IMG/VR virus record: IMGVR_UViG_3300008255_000325
Location: 1 to 31,504 of that record
DNA: 31,504 bases
Reading direction: 5' to 3' (one strand)
Source of the DNA: a virus
Taxonomy: Duplodnaviria > Caudoviricetes
A program made the position numbers and the translations under genes. This document shows positions 1-8,920 of the stretch, one piece after another. The notes under the pieces are model-generated. The model was not told the origin of the DNA. It worked only from the letters and a program-made list of their open reading frames with translations, and did not search any database. Each line of letters begins with the position of its first letter. Position 1 is the stretch's first letter.

Positions 1-668
1 CCCAAGGAACTGATCGTCATAGCTCCTGCTACATCAACCAGACCGGTTGGGGCGCTCGTTCCAATCCCCATCTGTCCGCTGGCATCAATCACAACTGCTG
101 TTGTGTCGGTGTAAGTCCCGTCATCATTGAATCTGGCGGTGAATCCTGAAGCGGCATTAGTGACATTGAGAACAGTTCCTGTGCCTGCGGTTCCAGTGGC
201 TCCGACTTTTAAGACGTTTCCTGTGTTGCCTGTGTTGGCTCCGGTCAATTCGATCTGCGCTAAATCTCCTGTTAATCCCGTCGCTGAAGAAGCGACATTG
301 ATCGCGTCTCCGGTTGTGAGAGAGTTAGCGGTATATGTCAGGCCGATTCCTGTTGTGCCGGTGAATGATTGACTCCAAGTATTGGTGGTTTGGTTGAGAA
401 TCAAAGCGGCGTCTAAATCGAGAGTGTCTTCGAAGTCGATGAAGTCGAGAATATCGCTTGATGAAATTGTAACTGTAAGAATTCCATTTGATAATGTGCA
501 GTCAACGCCAGCTCCAACACAATCAAGAACACGATATCTACCAAGTCGAGTTCCTTCATTATCAGCTAAAGGAGCATTGCTGATTGAAACAGGCTGCGCA
601 AAACACGGAATGGCTGATAAAAATAAAATTAACCAACCAAAATACGATACGCGGAATTTGTAACCCAT
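1..668 (-). CDS. Tail fibre/spike-like protein with N-terminal signal peptide (partial, runs off the left edge)
   Basis: Not in the ORF track; translated by hand from ATG 668: MGYKFRVSYFGWLILFLSAIPCFA|QPVSIS...; T/G/S-rich beta-type sequence with the fibre-type motif GQMGIGTSAP; AAGGA upstream. Confidence 0.7.
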   Translation of the reverse strand, partial: MGYKFRVSYFGWLILFLSAIPCFAQPVSISNAPLADNEGTRLGRYRVLDCVGAGVDCTLSNGILTVTISSSDILDFIDFEDTLDLDAALILNQTTNTWSQSFTGTTGIGLTYTANSLTTGDAINVASSATGLTGDLAQIELTGANTGNTGNVLKVGATGTAGTGTVLNVTNAASGFTARFNDDGTYTDTTAVVIDASGQMGIGTSAPTGLVDVAGAMTISSL

Positions 669-940
669 GTGAGTTTTATCCTTCGGATATTAAGTCCATT
701 AAGTTGAACCATTTCTCCAGCCTTAATAGTATGTTGATCTCCGTAATCGTTTTGATCGTTATTGTAAATTTGCACAATAATGTCCCCATTTCCATCATTT
801 ATAAAATATCCGGCATTAGCTGGCTTATTGCTCAAATCGTCCCTAACTTCAAGGACGCGTGGACTATCACCTGTTACGAAAGACGTATCTTCATAGGCTT
901 TAGTTTTTGTGGTTGTAAATTGAATTGTTCGAGATGGCAT
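629..940 (-). CDS. Hypothetical small beta-rich virion-associated protein
   Basis: 103 aa ORF with AAGGAGA RBS, collinear with the structural operon. Confidence 0.7.
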   Translation of the reverse strand: MPSRTIQFTTTKTKAYEDTSFVTGDSPRVLEVRDDLSNKPANAGYFINDGNGDIIVQIYNNDQNDYGDQHTIKAGEMVQLNGLNIRRIKLTWVTNSAYRILVG

Positions 941-949
941 TGATTCTCC

Positions 950-977
950 TTGAAAAACTTAAATTATGTGATATATT
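950..977 (+). promoter_or_regulatory. Sigma70-like promoter, antisense to the structural operon
   Basis: TTGAAA-16 nt-TATATT with TGn extended -10; same architecture as 21219-21246 and 23335-23362. Confidence 0.5.
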
Positions 978-983
978 TTAGAC

Positions 984-1058
984 ATGGATGCTATATTTTA
1001 TCTGATTGGCGGATTTCTTTTGCTATTTTCTGAAGATATAGCAAACCTTATCGTTTAA
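984..1058 (+). CDS. 24-aa hydrophobic micropeptide, probably leaderless
   Basis: MDAIFYLIGGFLLLFSEDIANLIV; ATG lies 7 nt after the predicted -10; fills the gap between two minus-strand genes. Confidence 0.45.
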   Translation: MDAIFYLIGGFLLLFSEDIANLIV

Positions 1059-2766
1059 GATATTTGATACCTTGTAATATTCCTAATCCTAAAGCTGTAT
1101 ATCCAGCTGTTCTTCCAATATTTTCTACCAATTTTCTTTTCTTTTCTTTATCCTGCAAAAGCAACCTAATTTTATTTTCTCGAAAGCCAAGACGTTTTAA
1201 ACGGTCAGTTAATTCTTTATTAATTGCCGCTTCTTTTTGGATGGCTGTATCTCTGATAGACTTCAATGTCGGAGAAACATTTTCTTTAGTTCGGATTAAT
1301 TCTTCTCCCTTAATTTTGGCTTTAGATGTAAAATTTCCGACACCGGGGAAACTCTCAGAGCCTTTTTCTAATTCTGAAATAAACCTTTCCTCGCCAGCCT
1401 CAGTCTTTTTAAGCCCAAAACGTTTTACTAAATTGGTTCCCATCTTGGTATCAAATTCACCCTTACGAGGTTTAAAAATTTGATTTGCTTTTTTCATATT
1501 CTGAATAACAGGAGCATAACTTTTTTGTAATTCAGCAAATTTTGGAACACGTTTAGCAATAAGATTTCCAAAATTTTTATCTAAAATGGCCGCCGCGATA
1601 TCTTCTTGCGTTAATCTTTGATTTCCAGATTTAGCTCCGGCGGTCATAGACGCGCGAACAGCTTTTATATCTTCGTGAAGTTTCCTAAAGTCAATCGCCT
1701 CATCAGACTTATCAATAATATTTCCTGCTTCGTCTATAATTTGAGAAGCATATTTTTTCTTTAGTAACTCTATAATCTCTCTTGGTTGACCTTCAGTAAT
1801 AAATGATTCATTAAGCTCATTTAATGTTTGACCGATAATCTCGTCAGCCTCACTTCTTGTAATATCTTGTCCACTTTTTGTCAAATCATCAGCAACTTGA
1901 TCTCTGATTTCCCCATATTTTTTAGAATTGTCTTTAAAATATTTAATTAACTTAGGCTGAACATCCGCCGAAGTCGTTTCAGAAATCTCATTCATTTGTT
2001 CATCAAGAATTTTTATATCATTTTTAAATCTTTCTTTAGTTGTATTCAAAATTTCATCAGATTCAGTTTTTGCTTGTGAAATCTGCTCTCCGTAAAGTTC
2101 TCTTACATCCTTTTTTTGTTTTGACAATTCTTGTAAAGGCTGAAGCCTTGTTGATTTCTGCTTTAATTTTCTAACCCCACGCATAATTTTTGAAGCACCC
2201 GTCGCGACTGCTCCAACGCCAGCCCCTAAAACACCACCAGCCAACGCTTGTCCCGCTTGTTTTTGAGGAAGTTCAGAAATTTTAGCATCTGAATTCATTA
2301 CCTGCGTAGCTCCATAACTCGCCCCTTCAGCCGCGCCCCTTATTAATCTTTTACCTAAAGTTTTTCCAGCAATCATTTTTCCTATTCTGCCAGCTACTGC
2401 GGTAGAGCCGCCGCCAAACATTCCAGCGGCACTTGATAATCCAGTCATCTGTGAATCTTCTGGAATATAAGATTTTCCTGTAACTTTTTTTGAAATCAAA
2501 TCAGGCAAGCCAAATAAATAAGAATTAACCATCGGTTCTGTGGCCATATCTAAACCTTTAGAAACAACTCCTAAAGGACTAGCCTCACTCTCGGTAATTC
2601 TTTGCTCACGCTTTGCTTTGTCTAAAGCGGTAAAGGCTTCTTCAGGGGAAGAAAAAGGATTTTGAGGGGACTGTTCGGTTTCTCTTCTTTTTTCAAAGCC
2701 TATGATCTGTTCCGTGGTAAAACCAGATGATCTAGCTTTTTGAAATTGTTCTTTAGTAAGAGGCAT
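1048..2766 (-). CDS. Putative internal virion/DNA ejection protein (large)
   Basis: 572 aa, helical, with G/A-rich hydrophobic segments (GQALAGGVLGAGVGAVATGA); last of three coupled genes after the GNAT gene, as in podovirus ejectosome clusters. Confidence 0.65.
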   Translation of the reverse strand: MPLTKEQFQKARSSGFTTEQIIGFEKRRETEQSPQNPFSSPEEAFTALDKAKREQRITESEASPLGVVSKGLDMATEPMVNSYLFGLPDLISKKVTGKSYIPEDSQMTGLSSAAGMFGGGSTAVAGRIGKMIAGKTLGKRLIRGAAEGASYGATQVMNSDAKISELPQKQAGQALAGGVLGAGVGAVATGASKIMRGVRKLKQKSTRLQPLQELSKQKKDVRELYGEQISQAKTESDEILNTTKERFKNDIKILDEQMNEISETTSADVQPKLIKYFKDNSKKYGEIRDQVADDLTKSGQDITRSEADEIIGQTLNELNESFITEGQPREIIELLKKKYASQIIDEAGNIIDKSDEAIDFRKLHEDIKAVRASMTAGAKSGNQRLTQEDIAAAILDKNFGNLIAKRVPKFAELQKSYAPVIQNMKKANQIFKPRKGEFDTKMGTNLVKRFGLKKTEAGEERFISELEKGSESFPGVGNFTSKAKIKGEELIRTKENVSPTLKSIRDTAIQKEAAINKELTDRLKRLGFRENKIRLLLQDKEKKRKLVENIGRTAGYTALGLGILQGIKYLKR

Positions 2767-3719
2767 TATTGTCCTATAGATTGTAAATAGGCGTTATATT
2801 CATCATCTTGTGATTGCCCTTGAGACTGCTCCATTCCGCCATCCCGAGGGTCTTCCCCAAAGCTCTTGAAATAACCATCTATCTTGCCTTCATTTTCAGC
2901 ATCAAGAATCTTTTTATATCTGTCAAATGCTGACTTTATACGTGAGATTGAAATAAGATCATCGTTAGCCGCTGACTTCTTGAATTCCTCCATTTCTTTA
3001 TCTGAAATCGCGCCTTTTGTTTTCATGGATTGCAAAAGTGTAGTGTCGGTTAAAATCGACTTTACTCTTTGCCAATCGCCTAGAATTTGATTATTCGGGT
3101 CAAAATTTTTCATCCATTCGATCTTTATTTTACCACCTAAACCAGTGGGTAAATTATTCAATAAAGGCATAGCTTCTTCAATAAATTTTAGATTCGCGTT
3201 ATTTACGGAATAACTTTCAGAAAATTCAATTTGCTTTTTCTTTTTATAGTTTCTCTCCGTAGCCGTCATCTTTGGTTCTTGAGAGATTTGTTCATAATCT
3301 CTACCGAAAGACGTTATCTTGTTAGGCTGCGCGGGCGTTAGTCCGGCTTGTTGAACAATGCCCCTGCCAAGATCTGATTTTGGACTAACTGTCATGGTAT
3401 CCGGAGACATAGCTTCGCCTATAGCTCCTACTGGAGTATTTTGCAATGGCCGAATCTTACCCTCAATCTGACCTTTTAAAAGTTCTTGTTCTGTTTGATT
3501 TTTATTTTTAAGATCTTCTAATGAACTCTGTTGTTTTAATTCAAAATCGCTTCTCATTGAAAGTTCTTTAAACAAATTCTTTAATTGGATTTCTTCGTCT
3601 TTGCGTTTTTGCTCCTCTGCCCGACGACGTTCAAAACTCGCATTAACCTGATTTAAAACAGTTGCCCACGGATTAACAGTAGTATCATAGCCTGATTTAT
3701 AACCTTTTAAATAAGCCAT
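2766..3719 (-). CDS. Putative internal virion/DNA ejection protein (middle)
   Basis: 317 aa, coiled N-terminus, C-terminal KGAISDKE motif often seen in ejection proteins; 1-nt stop/start overlaps on both sides. Confidence 0.6.
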   Translation of the reverse strand: MAYLKGYKSGYDTTVNPWATVLNQVNASFERRRAEEQKRKDEEIQLKNLFKELSMRSDFELKQQSSLEDLKNKNQTEQELLKGQIEGKIRPLQNTPVGAIGEAMSPDTMTVSPKSDLGRGIVQQAGLTPAQPNKITSFGRDYEQISQEPKMTATERNYKKKKQIEFSESYSVNNANLKFIEEAMPLLNNLPTGLGGKIKIEWMKNFDPNNQILGDWQRVKSILTDTTLLQSMKTKGAISDKEMEEFKKSAANDDLISISRIKSAFDRYKKILDAENEGKIDGYFKSFGEDPRDGGMEQSQGQSQDDEYNAYLQSIGQ

Positions 3720-4774
3720 TATCGTCTCCTTATGCTATCGTACTGATCGAGAAGTTCAGCTCCTGATATATCTCTTAATCCTGAAAGAGAATTATAATCT
3801 TCCCCACGCAGAGATGTTAAATCAGTAGTAGTTGTTGACGGCACAGAAGGATTAAATCCACCGGATATTAAATTTCCTCCAATTTGACCTAAAGATTTTA
3901 AGCCTTGAGCTTGCATTGCCGCACCTGCGCCAGCTCTTTGCCCAAATACATCCGTTGTGGTATCAAACGCCCTTGCCGCGCCAGCTTCACCTATGGCGGC
4001 ACCACTAAGAGCGGCTCCTGTTGTTCTTCCTTTAGCTCCTGCTACATTATTTTGCTCACCTGATAAAAATGACTGCAACTCCGCTCTAGCTCTTTCTTTC
4101 TCTGATAAAGTTCTCTCTGCAAACGTACCTGATTCAGCTCTTTGATTACCACCTAAAGTCAAATACGCATTAGCCAAAGAATTTCTTTGAGCAATACGCT
4201 GTTGAGCCGCTTTAACAGCCAGATCAACATTAGCCCGTCCAAGTTGTTCAAAGCGTATACCGCCTTCAGGTTGACCACCAAATACGCCTCTGCGATTGGC
4301 CTCTACATTAACCGCTTGCCTCGCAAGTTCCAATTCCGGCGCGAGCATAGCATAAGGATCATCGCTTAGAGCCTCTTGACCAATCTCGCGATTCAATTCA
4401 CCTTCACTCGCAAATAATTCTTCTCCAGATAACCCTTGACGACTTTTGAGTTGATTAATGAGGTCTTTGTTAAGAGAGCTTTCTTCGCCGATTAACTCTT
4501 CCCCGGTTAATCCGGCTCTGCGTTCATATTCAACTTGACGCCTCTTAGAAAGCTCATAATTCTCTTTTTCACGAGCTTGTTCTTCAGGAGTCAATGTCCC
4601 AAATTTTTCTTCAATTCGCAGTTGCTCTTCTCTGGCTCTTGCGGCTTCCGCTTCAGCGGCAGAGAGCGCAGCTTGTTGTCCTTTCTTAGCCGCTTTAGCC
4701 CCCATAGAAGATGATGCCAAAGCCGCCCCGCCTGCGATCGCACTTCCGGCAATAATAGCTGTTGTAATAGCCAT
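3719..4774 (-). CDS. Putative DNA ejection/pilot protein (P22 gp7 / T7 gp14 position)
   Basis: A/G-rich N-terminus MAITTAIIAGSAIAGGAALASSSMGAKAAKK followed by Q/A/E-rich helices. Confidence 0.7.
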   Translation of the reverse strand: MAITTAIIAGSAIAGGAALASSSMGAKAAKKGQQAALSAAEAEAARAREEQLRIEEKFGTLTPEEQAREKENYELSKRRQVEYERRAGLTGEELIGEESSLNKDLINQLKSRQGLSGEELFASEGELNREIGQEALSDDPYAMLAPELELARQAVNVEANRRGVFGGQPEGGIRFEQLGRANVDLAVKAAQQRIAQRNSLANAYLTLGGNQRAESGTFAERTLSEKERARAELQSFLSGEQNNVAGAKGRTTGAALSGAAIGEAGAARAFDTTTDVFGQRAGAGAAMQAQGLKSLGQIGGNLISGGFNPSVPSTTTTDLTSLRGEDYNSLSGLRDISGAELLDQYDSIRRR

Positions 4775-4775
4775 A

Positions 4776-5255
4776 TTAAATTCCTTTTATAAAATGGGTT
4801 TCCATTGATCGAAATCCGCTTTTTGTATAAAAATCATTCATTTTATTTGCGTTTAAATTCCGCATTGAAACCATAGAAAGTAAACTCGCTCCTCTTGCCT
4901 TGCATTCATCCTTAAATGCTTTTATTAAACGTACTCCAATCGTTCCATGACGAAATTCTTTATTAACATACCACATCGATTCTTGAGCAATAATCTGATT
5001 CTTGTTAAATATTGACCTGCATGCCACCCCACCGATACAGCCAATAATTTTTTCATCCAATTCAGCTACTATCCCAATATTTGGATTCAAAAAAGTCATT
5101 AAAGTTTCTTCCAAAGTCTTGTCATCTAAAGTTATTCCGTAATGCTTCAAACTTTCATTATAAAAAGAAACAATTAGAATTTTGACTTGTGCTAAATCTT
5201 CAAGAACAAAATTTCTTATGTTTGTAACTTTATTATCTTCCAATGCACTTATCAT
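4776..5255 (-). CDS. GNAT-family acetyltransferase
   Basis: WYVNKEFRHGTIGVRLI acetyl-CoA binding motif A and C-terminal FYTKSGF. Confidence 0.85.
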   Translation of the reverse strand: MISALEDNKVTNIRNFVLEDLAQVKILIVSFYNESLKHYGITLDDKTLEETLMTFLNPNIGIVAELDEKIIGCIGGVACRSIFNKNQIIAQESMWYVNKEFRHGTIGVRLIKAFKDECKARGASLLSMVSMRNLNANKMNDFYTKSGFRSMETHFIKGI

Positions 5256-5776
5256 TTTTTTACCAAAAACAAGACTTGAACAAGTCTAGGTTCTCCGTCT
5301 ATTTCAAAATTCTCTATCAAAGCTCTCGAATGATATAACGCCGCAGGAAAGACAATGATTCTATTTTTTCTCATACGAACAATAACTGATTCTTTAAATT
5401 GGCTTGAATCTGAACAATCCTCTATATCCTCAGCTTTTAGCTTTTTAGTTGCTGTTCTCTCGTAAAAAATAGTCCCTTCATTGTCGGGATATTTATTATT
5501 GAGATAAAACAAAACTGTATAATCTCCCATGTCAATATCAGAATGAATGTAATTTGGTTCTTTCTGATTGAGCGGAGATTTTCTGATAAAGTTAAGAAGA
5601 ACCTTATGTCCCGGACATAACGCTTCCGAAATTCTGGCTAACGGATTATTAGCATCTTCGATTAAATGTATATTTTTAAACACTCCTGCCGGAGTTGGGA
5701 TATCGCTATATTCCAAATTTAAAGCATTTTTAGAATATAAAAAAAAACTATCTAAAACATCATCAAAGATTTGCAT
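5252..5776 (-). CDS. 2OG-Fe(II) oxygenase-like protein (DUF6445-like)
   Basis: HxD (HSD), YLN, GTxFY, NRxxxF..YHSR and distal R (RLVQV): facial triad plus 2-oxoglutarate-binding Arg. Confidence 0.8.
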   Translation of the reverse strand: MQIFDDVLDSFFLYSKNALNLEYSDIPTPAGVFKNIHLIEDANNPLARISEALCPGHKVLLNFIRKSPLNQKEPNYIHSDIDMGDYTVLFYLNNKYPDNEGTIFYERTATKKLKAEDIEDCSDSSQFKESVIVRMRKNRIIVFPAALYHSRALIENFEIDGEPRLVQVLFLVKK

Positions 5777-6102
5777 TAATTATCTTTCTTTACATTCCCA
5801 TCCGCATCAAATTTACCCTTAATCTTTAAATTCTTAACCGCTGTTTCACGTATTTCTTCTTGAATCAATTTCTCTTTTTCAGATTCTTTTTGAGCTAATG
5901 CTTTATTTTTTTCTTTCACGGCTAAGCGTTCTTGTGTAATGTCTACAAGATTTCCAAGACCAGATTCTTTTCTTATTTCTTCAACATCCATAACACCACT
6001 AAGGTCAACAATTTCTTTATTTTCAACAGAATCAAAATAAATCTTGTTTTCAGCAAAGGCTGGACTACAAAACAACATAAATAACAAAACTAGTCTTTTC
6101 AT
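5776..6102 (-). CDS. Small tail-module protein with signal peptide and C-terminal coiled coil
   Basis: MKRLVLLFMLFCSPAFA|EN; AGGAGA RBS; follows a fibre-like gene. Confidence 0.7.
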   Translation of the reverse strand: MKRLVLLFMLFCSPAFAENKIYFDSVENKEIVDLSGVMDVEEIRKESGLGNLVDITQERLAVKEKNKALAQKESEKEKLIQEEIRETAVKNLKIKGKFDADGNVKKDN

Positions 6103-6112
6103 ATTTATCTCC

Positions 6113-7054
6113 TTACTTATACGCGATATACATAACTGTTGCCGTTCCTGCGCTTGGAGTTCCAGATTTTGTCCAAGTTAAAGTAAAGCTATTTGATGAT
6201 GTAGCTGAAACAACAGCCGTTTGCGCCTGTGTTCCTGATTCATAAACGGCAATAGAAATTGCCATAGAAATATTTGTTGTTGTTTCTAACAATATACACA
6301 TATGGTTCGTTCCATCATCCATGCCCCAGCTTGTAAAACTATTAATTGCCGCGCCTTGTTTGGTTGCAAAAAATACTAACGCTTTTGGAGTAAATCCTAT
6401 TCCAGTATATTCAACCGCCGCAGTTGTCGCGGTCATATCACGATCTAAAGTTCCAACTTTATAGCTCGTTGGGTCAGCCCAAGTTGTATCTCCTCTCCAA
6501 AATGTTGACGCTGAAGCAGAAGTCCCAGAATTAAGATTTGTTACAGGAAGATTTTCTGTGACTTCGGAAGAAAGGCTTACAGTTTGACCCAAAAGGCTTA
6601 CCTCTCCTGCTGAATTTGGAAAAGTAACGATTCTATCAACTGTTGGGTCAGTAACAACAAACTGTGTTTGAAAAGCATCATCAGTAGAACCTTCAAAGAG
6701 AATGCCTTGACCACTTAAAGATACAGAAGATGCCACACCATCGGTTGATAAAACCCAAATATCACTTGTATCGTTATATCGAATGAAAGGCTTACTTGCG
6801 TCTGCATTATTAGCAGTAATTGTTTTATTTCCAGCCGCCGCGTCACCCACAGCTAATGTATTTGATGTCTGGTCGATGTCATTATGATCGTGATTGTTAA
6901 ATGTTGTTGTGACCGTATTATTACGGGTATTCTCATCGGATGCTGAAATGACTGTTCCATCAACGGCGGCAGGACTTACTGATAAAGTGCTCGACGGAAC
7001 AGCAAAAGCTAAACTTGGAATGAGTAAAAATACTAAAAGCAATAGTCTTTTCAT
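6113..7054 (-). CDS. Tail fibre-like protein with signal peptide
   Basis: Start moved to ATG 7054 (AGGAGA RBS): [18 protein letters not shown]|VP; S/T-rich; fibre-type motifs [19 protein letters not shown] and TGIGFTPKA. Confidence 0.75.
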   Translation of the reverse strand: MKRLLLLVFLLIPSLAFAVPSSTLSVSPAAVDGTVISASDENTRNNTVTTTFNNHDHNDIDQTSNTLAVGDAAAGNKTITANNADASKPFIRYNDTSDIWVLSTDGVASSVSLSGQGILFEGSTDDAFQTQFVVTDPTVDRIVTFPNSAGEVSLLGQTVSLSSEVTENLPVTNLNSGTSASASTFWRGDTTWADPTSYKVGTLDRDMTATTAAVEYTGIGFTPKALVFFATKQGAAINSFTSWGMDDGTNHMCILLETTTNISMAISIAVYESGTQAQTAVVSATSSNSFTLTWTKSGTPSAGTATVMYIAYK

Positions 7055-7067
7055 ATGTCTCCTAAAA

Positions 7068-7367
7068 TCAAGGGGTGTTTGTAAGTTGGACGCCATGCCA
7101 AACATTGGAACTGTTTGTGTTTATCTCTAAGTAATGATTTCCGCCTGTCTGCAAAAGAAGCATATCTCCCTTTTTTCCTCGACGAGACCCGTCAGGATTT
7201 GTCGTCGTTACAGGAAGCCTGTGAAAATTTTCATAAATACTTCTTAAATAATGCTGTAACTCCGGCGGTTGATTACTTAAGGGCGGCGGTGAAGGAATAT
7301 TATCAGCCATTACGCCGAAACTTAATGTCAAAACAAATCCTAAAATTATTCCTGATATTAGTTTCAT
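7068..7367 (-). CDS. Small tail protein with signal peptide
   Basis: [21 protein letters not shown]|DN; ATGA-coupled to the nozzle gene. Confidence 0.7.
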   Translation of the reverse strand: MKLISGIILGFVLTLSFGVMADNIPSPPPLSNQPPELQHYLRSIYENFHRLPVTTTNPDGSRRGKKGDMLLLQTGGNHYLEINTNSSNVWHGVQLTNTP

Positions 7368-8920
7368 ATACGGTCAGAATTTTCTATAAAAATTTGAAAT
7401 CCCTTAACTTCAATGGCCTGTGTTGTGTTACTAAATTCAATCTGAAAGAAATCCCCTTCTTTATTAACTTCAATGCGTCCTGTGATTAAATTCTGATCTC
7501 CGTAAAAATCAGTTCCATAAATTGCTGTTCCCCATAAAGAACTATCTCCCGCTAAATTTATAGTTTCTATCGTCCCCGTTCCTTCAAAATCTTTTCTTGT
7601 TTCAACAGTTAAATTATAATTCCCTTTTTGATTAGCAAAGACCCGAAGAAGTTTCCAATCTTTCGTTGGAGAGGCTTCTGGAAACCTGAAATACTTAGTT
7701 GTATAATTTGTCGAAATCGAAGTCCCAGCATCATCTGTTCCTGAAGGATATTTGTAAACAAACCCCGAATAGTCTCCAAAGACGATCATTTCCTCGCCGG
7801 TGCCGTTATCCGCAACAGCCATAGCATTAGCCGTAATCCCGACAAATTTAGTCCAAGCTAAGTGAAATGTATCAAAGAGCAAAATTCTGTCGTGTGTGCT
7901 AGAACCTGTATTTGAAAAAGATAGGTAGTAATCTTTGTCAAAAACGACACTTGAACAATATTGAAATCTTGAAGAACTCGCGCTATCAAGCGTTCCTTCA
8001 ACTTTTGTTGAAATCAATTTTAAATTAACCGCTCCGTCATAAAGGTAAACATCACCTTGAGAGGTTGTAAGAATGAAGTCATTTCCTGAAAGACTTACAG
8101 CATTCGGTGACGTTACCCCATAATTTGAGATCATTCTTTGAAGCTGGAATGTATCCTTATCGTCCCCTGTCAGTCTCCAGATAGAATTGTCTTTAAAAAT
8201 GTAAAGAGCGTCAAATCCCGGGACTATTGCCCTTATAATCGATCCGTCATTTGTCTCAATACTTACATTTCCACTAAGGCCTGTCGTCCAGTTATCAATA
8301 TCTCCAACATCAGAAAAATATAAGGTAGATCGCGCGGTAGAACTTCCAGCCGCAAAAGCCATGTTCTTATGAAAAGCTACAAGGGTGGCGCTAGGCGGTG
8401 AACCTCCCAAAGCGGCGGCGTTTCCTGTTCCTGTCCATTTATAAGGAGCGGTAGTTGAAATCCCGTCTTCAATGAGTAATTCATCTTCACCAACCGCGAA
8501 AGTCGCTAAATTATTCTGTCCGGCAGAGAAAATAAGAGCGCCCGTGATATCATCCCAAGTCCCATCGGGGCCACTTCCGCTGTAATCCATCTTTCTTATC
8601 TTGTCATCATCAAAGACCCCGACAAGGAACTTATCCCCATCCGCTTGGGCATAATACTTCAGTCCTGTCGTTACAACCGAAGCCCCAAGAGTTGAAGAAT
8701 TAAGTTTCGCGAAACCTTCTCTTGTTTTCCAATTTCCAGAAGTCGTAAAGACGACATTCTGAAGATCAGCGGCCTCATTATCTTCAATGGCAATCGGAGA
8801 GAATGAATCGTTAAGTCCTCCGACATTATTGAAAAAATCCTGTTTAAGCCATCGAATTTCAGCAAATGCAGGTTGAGCTATTAGAAAGAACGCCAAAGCT
8901 AAATTTAAAATATTTTTCAT
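7364..8920 (-). CDS. Tail nozzle / DNA stabilisation protein (P22 gp10 / T7 gp12-like beta-propeller) with signal peptide
   Basis: 518 aa; GGLN..SP..I..NEA..LQNV..G..KTREG N-terminal pattern and beta-rich repeats (LYFSD, LYIFKDNSIW) typical of podovirus nozzles; directly after the adaptor; begins MKNILNLALAFFLIAQPAFA|EI. Confidence 0.75.
   Translation of the reverse strand: MKNILNLALAFFLIAQPAFAEIRWLKQDFFNNVGGLNDSFSPIAIEDNEAADLQNVVFTTSGNWKTREGFAKLNSSTLGASVVTTGLKYYAQADGDKFLVGVFDDDKIRKMDYSGSGPDGTWDDITGALIFSAGQNNLATFAVGEDELLIEDGISTTAPYKWTGTGNAAALGGSPPSATLVAFHKNMAFAAGSSTARSTLYFSDVGDIDNWTTGLSGNVSIETNDGSIIRAIVPGFDALYIFKDNSIWRLTGDDKDTFQLQRMISNYGVTSPNAVSLSGNDFILTTSQGDVYLYDGAVNLKLISTKVEGTLDSASSSRFQYCSSVVFDKDYYLSFSNTGSSTHDRILLFDTFHLAWTKFVGITANAMAVADNGTGEEMIVFGDYSGFVYKYPSGTDDAGTSISTNYTTKYFRFPEASPTKDWKLLRVFANQKGNYNLTVETRKDFEGTGTIETINLAGDSSLWGTAIYGTDFYGDQNLITGRIEVNKEGDFFQIEFSNTTQAIEVKGFQIFIENSDRI

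Noticed and set aside
127-943. Plus-strand ORFs 127-372, 382-663, 584-943
   Set aside because: Shadows of the minus-strand fibre gene (1-668) and the 629-940 gene
3719-4774. Signal peptide on the first ejection protein
   Set aside because: A/G-rich N-terminus without a basic N-region is ordinary for pilot/ejection proteins; not counted among the exported set
7055-7105. Longer N-terminus for the fibre gene as given in the ORF track
   Set aside because: Overlaps the upstream gene; the AGGAGA RBS points to ATG 7054, which exposes the signal peptide
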